Source: Candidatus Woesearchaeota archaeon (lineage in GTDB: Archaea; Nanobdellota; Nanobdellia; SCGC-AAA011-G17; UBA489). Taken from it: DNA of 31,488 nt. The stretch's first letter is position 1. Each line of letters starts with the position of its first letter. Below, piece after piece: positions 27,047-31,488 of this stretch. The translations under genes were made by a program, and so were the position numbers. The stretch is from the NCBI GenBank assembly GCA_964371275.1, contig CAYJLN010000002.1, positions 1 through 31,488 of the forward strand, in the 5' to 3' direction. The notes beneath the pieces were generated by a model, which was given only the letters and a program-made list of their open reading frames with translations, was not told where the DNA came from and did not search any database.

Positions 27047-27998
27047 TCACGACGTTATGTTATGTGGGAGAAACAGCCTTTGCTTCGAAGGATTGAGAGA
27101 CCCTATGATCCGAATGAAATCCGTATGAGATCTTGTCGAGGTATTAAAAGAATAAAGAATCTGATATTTTCCTTTTCTCGCAGATAATTGCCCAGTCTTG
27201 ATACCGAAACGACCTAATGTTTTTTTAGCAAACAAGATCGCTTCTTTATTGACTTGACAAAATCCCAATTTATAAGATAATCCATCAGCGTCATAAAAAC
27301 CACGAAGATAATATTTTTGTAGACTAAGTGGGGCGTTTTTAATTATTCTTGGTGTGCCCCACTGGCCTTTTTTACCAATAGGAATATCAAAAACACGATG
27401 AAGATACTCAAATATTGGACGATTACTAAGAGTAACGCGATTATTCCTAATCGCTGGCTCATTTGATGGTTGGAATATATCGCAAATAAGATATTTTAAA
27501 GTCTTCAACCAATCATCAGTACTTTGAGAGATACTAATCTCATATTTTCCTGAACGAGCCAATGTTCCATCTCTAATGGCTCCAACAAGATAAACGAGTT
27601 GGGGTGATAATAAAGTTGGTAAATGAGCTGATGCCGCATTACCGCCTTCACCAAATTTAACTCTCGAACTAGCAAGGACATCTTGCAAATTCACAGAGCG
27701 CCCGTATCTTGCCATCAAGTCGCATAACAATCGTAAAAATCCAAGGGTAGGGGTTCTTTTTCCTTCAATGAGAAAATCAAAATTTCTGACAGATTGATAA
27801 AATGTATCAGAAAGAAGATGTCTTAATGAAGAAAGTTCTCCTACTGGAATTATCGATTGTAGACTTGTCCATAACTCAGAGAGGAAATCGCTCTTGACTA
27901 TTAACTCTCGTATCTTCTGGTAATAGATCTGCGTAATGGATCAAATAAGTCTCTCTTTCCTTCGGAAAGCTTTGCTGAATCTCGCGAACTGTGTACAT
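27047..27998 (-). pseudogene. Intron-encoded LAGLIDADG homing endonuclease with HTH-like N-terminus; +1 frameshift near 27903
   Basis: Motifs LVYLVGAIRDG and YYLRGFYDADG. The main frame is open from 27940. The plausible N-terminus MYTVREIQ...IHYADLLPEDTRV from ATG 27998 is in another frame. Confidence 0.75.
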
Positions 27999-28063
27999 AG
28001 ACAGACATTACAAGAATAATGTCCTTATAAAGGTTGCTACATGTACCCAGCTCACGACCACAT
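27057..28063 (-). mobile_element. 1007-nt archaeal bulge-helix-bulge intron in 23S (about E. coli 2588/2589)
   Basis: Central helix GUUA/UAAC, bulges AA|A and AU|A, intron stem UGUGG/CCACA. Excision restores GAGCUGGGUUAAAAACGUCGUGAG at E. coli-like spacing. Confidence 0.9.
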
Positions 28064-28717
28064 TTTAACCCAGCTCACGAACCGCTTTAACCGGTGAACA
28101 CCCGTACCCTTGGGCGCTTCTACACGCCCAGGATGCGATGAGCCGACATCGAAGTAGCAAACAGCGCCGTCGATTTGAGCTCTTAGGCGCTACGACTCAG
28201 TTATCCCCGAGATAGCTTTTCTGCCATCTCTAGCCCTCATTAAGAAGGACATAGAGGTTCGCTAGACCAGACTTTCGTCTCTGATTACCGCAATTTCAAG
28301 CAATCAGTCAGGCGAGCTTATGCTCTTACGCTCCACTCCCGATTTCTAAACGGGATGAGCTCACCATAGGGCCCCGCTGATACCTTTTCAGCGGGCTGCC
28401 GCCCCAGCGAAACTGTCCGCCAGTCGGTGTCCTTGAAGTACATCAAGTAAGCAGCATAAAATGCGGAGAGTGGTGTTTCATTGGTGCCTAGACTCACCCT
28501 GACGAGCGAGCCGTCGAACGGCTACCACCTACGCTACACACCGCATTTTACACCGCAGCAACAAGCTACAGTAAAGTTCTACGGGGTCTTCGCTTCCCAC
28601 TGGAATACTCTGGCCTTCACACCAGAACGGGAAATTCGGAGGCTTCTAGCTTGGGACAATGGAGACCTCGTTATGCCATTCATGCAAGCCGACATTCAAT
28701 CGGCAAGGTATTACGCT

Positions 28718-28999
28718 CACGTCTGTTACTTAATTGACCTTCACTTAAAAAGTAAAGGCGGACATTCATTTCTGAATGTCTCCTGCTATCACTAACAGGG
28801 TCGGACTATATCTTATACCTGCATTTCGGTATTCTGGCGTATAGTCTCTGAGGATTTTTCTCATCGAGAAATCTTTCCTGCTGATGATCTTTCCACAACA
28901 GATTGTCAGAACTTACAGTGCGTTGCCGCACAAAAGGTCTACTGTGTGTCATCAAGAATTTCCAGCATATAGCCAGATTTTACTAAGGCAACATGACTT
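28718..28999 (-). mobile_element. 282-nt group I intron at LSU position 1931, no ORF
   Basis: Inserted in CUUAAGGU|AGCG; 5' exon ends in U and the intron ends in G. P1 UAAGGU/GCCUUA, P3 UCUGGC/GCCAGA, P4 UGCUG/CAGCA, P7 GACUA/UAGUC; R UCAGAGACUAUA; S AAGAUAUAGUCC. Confidence 0.93.
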
Positions 29000-31104
29000 A
29001 CCTTAAGAGAATCATAGTTATTCCCGCCATTCACCCGTCCTTAGCTCCCTTGAAAAGGAGTTTGAGATACGAGCATTGGGCAGACATGGCGTTCCATACA
29101 CACCCTTGCGAGCTTGCGAAACGCTATGTTTTTGTTAAACAGTCGGGAATCCCTAGTCAGTGCCCCCTGTGGTCGCATGTATGCACACACGATCGCAGGG
29201 ATCCCTTATACCGAAGACACGGGACCAATTTGTCGATTTCCCTAAACTAGATTATACCTTCATACCTTGGGCTTCTCACCCAGCGACACCAGTGCTGGTT
29301 CTAGGTATACGTTACAGTGATCCATTCCAATTCCTTTTTCACGGGACCCAGGCATCAACGACACACCCACAAGGAGTGCTATTCCGAGCTTTCATCAGGA
29401 TCTCATCATAAAGATACTCCCCCGATGTATGCTCGTTAACCTTCACGACAGTGAAGGGCCATCTAGCCCAAGGCGTCAGAAATTAGACGTGCGTTGCCGC
29501 ATGTACACTATAAGTAAAGGAATCTTAACCTTTCTCCCTTTCCCGAACGTCCACTTAGGAGTTCAGTTAGGCGCAACTTACTCTTAGTTGATCGACAGTG
29601 CTAAGAAACCCTGGCGCTTACGGTATTGCTGATTCTCACAGCATTTAGATCCTACTTCCACCGGGATTCGCTTTACTCATCGGTCCACGGACTCTTACGA
29701 GAACGCTTCTACCCAACGAGAATGCCTGCCTACCATAACCGTGTTTGACACGGATCTTGAGTATCGGTCATATACTTAGCCCCGTCCATCTTCAGGGCAT
29801 ATCACCTTGACGGGTGAGCTATTACGCTATCTTTAGAGGATTGCTGCTTCTAAGCGAACCTCCCCGCTGTCTCTGGTGACACACGCCTTTTAGCCGTTCA
29901 CACTCAGTATATAGTTTGGGACCTTAGCTCAAGAAAGGGTTGTTCCCCCATCGGAGTACAAGCTTACCCCAGTACCCCTCATTCCCGGCTTCTACGATAC
30001 TTACGCATTCGGAGTTGGACAAGGAGGCGAGAAGTTTCCCTCCCTTACCCCCAAATCCGTCGCTCTACCTCGTAAGCCATCTCCACCGAGACTTGACTGA
30101 AGCCAATTTCGGCAGGAACCAGCTATAACTAGACTCGATTGGCTTTTCACCCCTAACCAAGGATCTGACGAACACATGCACGTAGAACCGCTTCGGACCT
30201 CCACAGAACTTTGGGTTCTGTTTCATCCTGCCCTAGGTTAGATCGTCTAGTTTCGGGTTGTATCCCTGTGACTGCGGCACTTTCGTACCGTGTCCCTCGT
30301 AAACTGCGGACGATTGGTTTCCCTTCGATTACACACTGTAAGTGTTTAATCTCGCCACAAAGATACACTCCCCGGCCCTTTATTCAAAACGTACGATACA
30401 ACTCTGTTACGAGCCGTATCTCAATAAACCTGTTAGATTTCAGGATCTGTTAACTCTCTGTCACGAGTACTTTTCAACGTTCCCTCACGGTACTGTACTC
30501 TATCGGCCTCAAGATGTATTTAAGGTTGGAGGTTAATGGCCCCCATGTTCGAGCCTCAATGCCAAGAGACTCTACTCAGGAGACTCACACACCATGCACA
30601 ACTTCTTCTACGGGACTATCACCCTCTGTGGTATGCCGTTCCAGGCAACTTCGAATCGTTGGCGAAGGCTAAAAGTGAGTCCATAACACTACATCTCCGC
30701 TCTCTTTCAAGAGAGGATTCAGTTTGCCTTGTACTGCGTTCGCTCGCTGTTACTAGCAGTATCTCGCCTTGATTTCTTTTCCTCCGGGTACTAAGACGTT
30801 TCAATTTCCCGGGTGCCAGACCATCACTGGTCAGCTCAGATGAGCTCTGAAGTCAGATTCAGGAATCTGTGGTTCAATGGCTGCATGCGCCTCGCCACAG
30901 CATATCGCAGCTTGCCGCGCCCTTCGTCTGCTCTTGAGCCGAGTCATCCACCTAACAGGCTTTGGGAATCTACTTCACCTATGCACGATGAACATGAAAT
31001 GATTCATCCTTCGCCCAGAAGAGCGCTACATCTTCAGAGCTGCATTGACCAAAGTGGTACAAAGTACGAATATGAAATGAGTGAACTGCCTGCATAACAA
31101 TAAG

Positions 31105-31178
31105 TGGACTCGTCGGGATTTGAACCCGAGGCCCCCTGCTTGCAGGGCAGGTGCTCTACCAGACTGAGCTACGAGCCC
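31105..31178 (-). tRNA. tRNA-Ala(TGC) in the 16S-23S spacer
   Basis: Acceptor GGGCTCG/CGAGTCC (G3-U70), anticodon stem CCTGC/GCAGG, loop CCTGCAA, T-loop TTCAAAT; CCA not encoded. Confidence 0.95.
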
Positions 31179-31259
31179 ATCACGATGCTGGTGAGCTCCA
31201 TGAAGATTCATGGAAACCAAGTATGAGTAGTAAGGACATGTAATCATAGAAGTGAAAAT

Positions 31260-31488
31260 AGGAGGTGATCCATCCGCAGGTTCCCCTACAGATACCTTGT
31301 GACGACTTAACCCACCTCACTGAACAAAAGTTCGTTGCACTCCGAAGAATGCACCTCACTTTAGCCCTGCTTGGTTGGTTTGACGGGCAGTGTGTACAAA
31401 GCACAGGGACGTATTCACCGCTCGCTGTTGACGAGCGATTACTAGGAATTCCAGCGTCATGAGGGCGAGTTACAGCCCTCAATCTGAA
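31260..31488 (-). rRNA. rrs: 16S rRNA, 3' part (truncated by the window)
   Basis: GGAUCACCUCCU 3' end, h45 GGAA loop, h44 region. Confidence 0.97.

Larger units (their letters stand above)
26765..30973 (-). rRNA. rrl: 23S rRNA interrupted by two introns (ends approximate)
   Basis: Universal motifs GGTGGATG, CTTAAGGTAGCG, GATGTCGGCTC, GAGCTGGGTT and sarcin loop AGTACGAGAGGAAC; about 2.9 kb after removing the introns. Confidence 0.97.

Noticed and set aside
27057-28063. Large 23S insert as a group I intron (L2593 type)
   Set aside because: No P/Q/R/S core or terminal G; exon 2589-2600 is intact; the junctions form a BHB.
28064-31488. ORFs of 61-104 aa across the rRNA region
   Set aside because: Chance frames within rRNA, tRNA and group I intron sequence.

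Overview
Archaeal genomic DNA, most likely from a DPANN lineage (Woesearchaeota/Pacearchaeota-like; inferred from gene content, divergent rRNAs and compact BRE-TATA promoters). It falls into three parts. (1) Bases 1-~5.5 kb are a strongly AT-rich block. It holds an apparent operon: small Zn-ribbon protein, a fused adenylation/ACP/PlsC acyltransferase, AcpS, an alpha/beta hydrolase, a degenerate PAP2-like membrane protein and an MFS transporter. This looks like a bacterial-style fatty-acyl/lysolipid handling module in an archaeon. (2) Bases ~5.6-26.3 kb are higher-GC housekeeping DNA: the exosome/proteasome/RNase P superoperon (interrupted by an orphan AbiEii-type nucleotidyltransferase), pyrH, rpoE'/spt4/rps24e/rps27ae, scpA, hisS with an intron-containing tRNA-His, minD, nac, a DinG/XPD helicase and secG. 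It also has two pairs of tandem paralogues of unknown function, several small genes missed by the ORF track, a candidate -1 frameshift gene and a candidate ATT-start gene. (3) Bases 26.3-31.5 kb hold, on the minus strand, the 3' end of 16S, tRNA-Ala, 23S and then RNase P RNA. The 23S carries a 282-nt group I intron (site L1931) and a 1007-nt bulge-helix-bulge (BHB) intron encoding a frameshifted LAGLIDADG endonuclease whose stop codon lies in the exon. No CRISPR array or transposase was seen. All calls come from reading motifs by eye; no searches were run.
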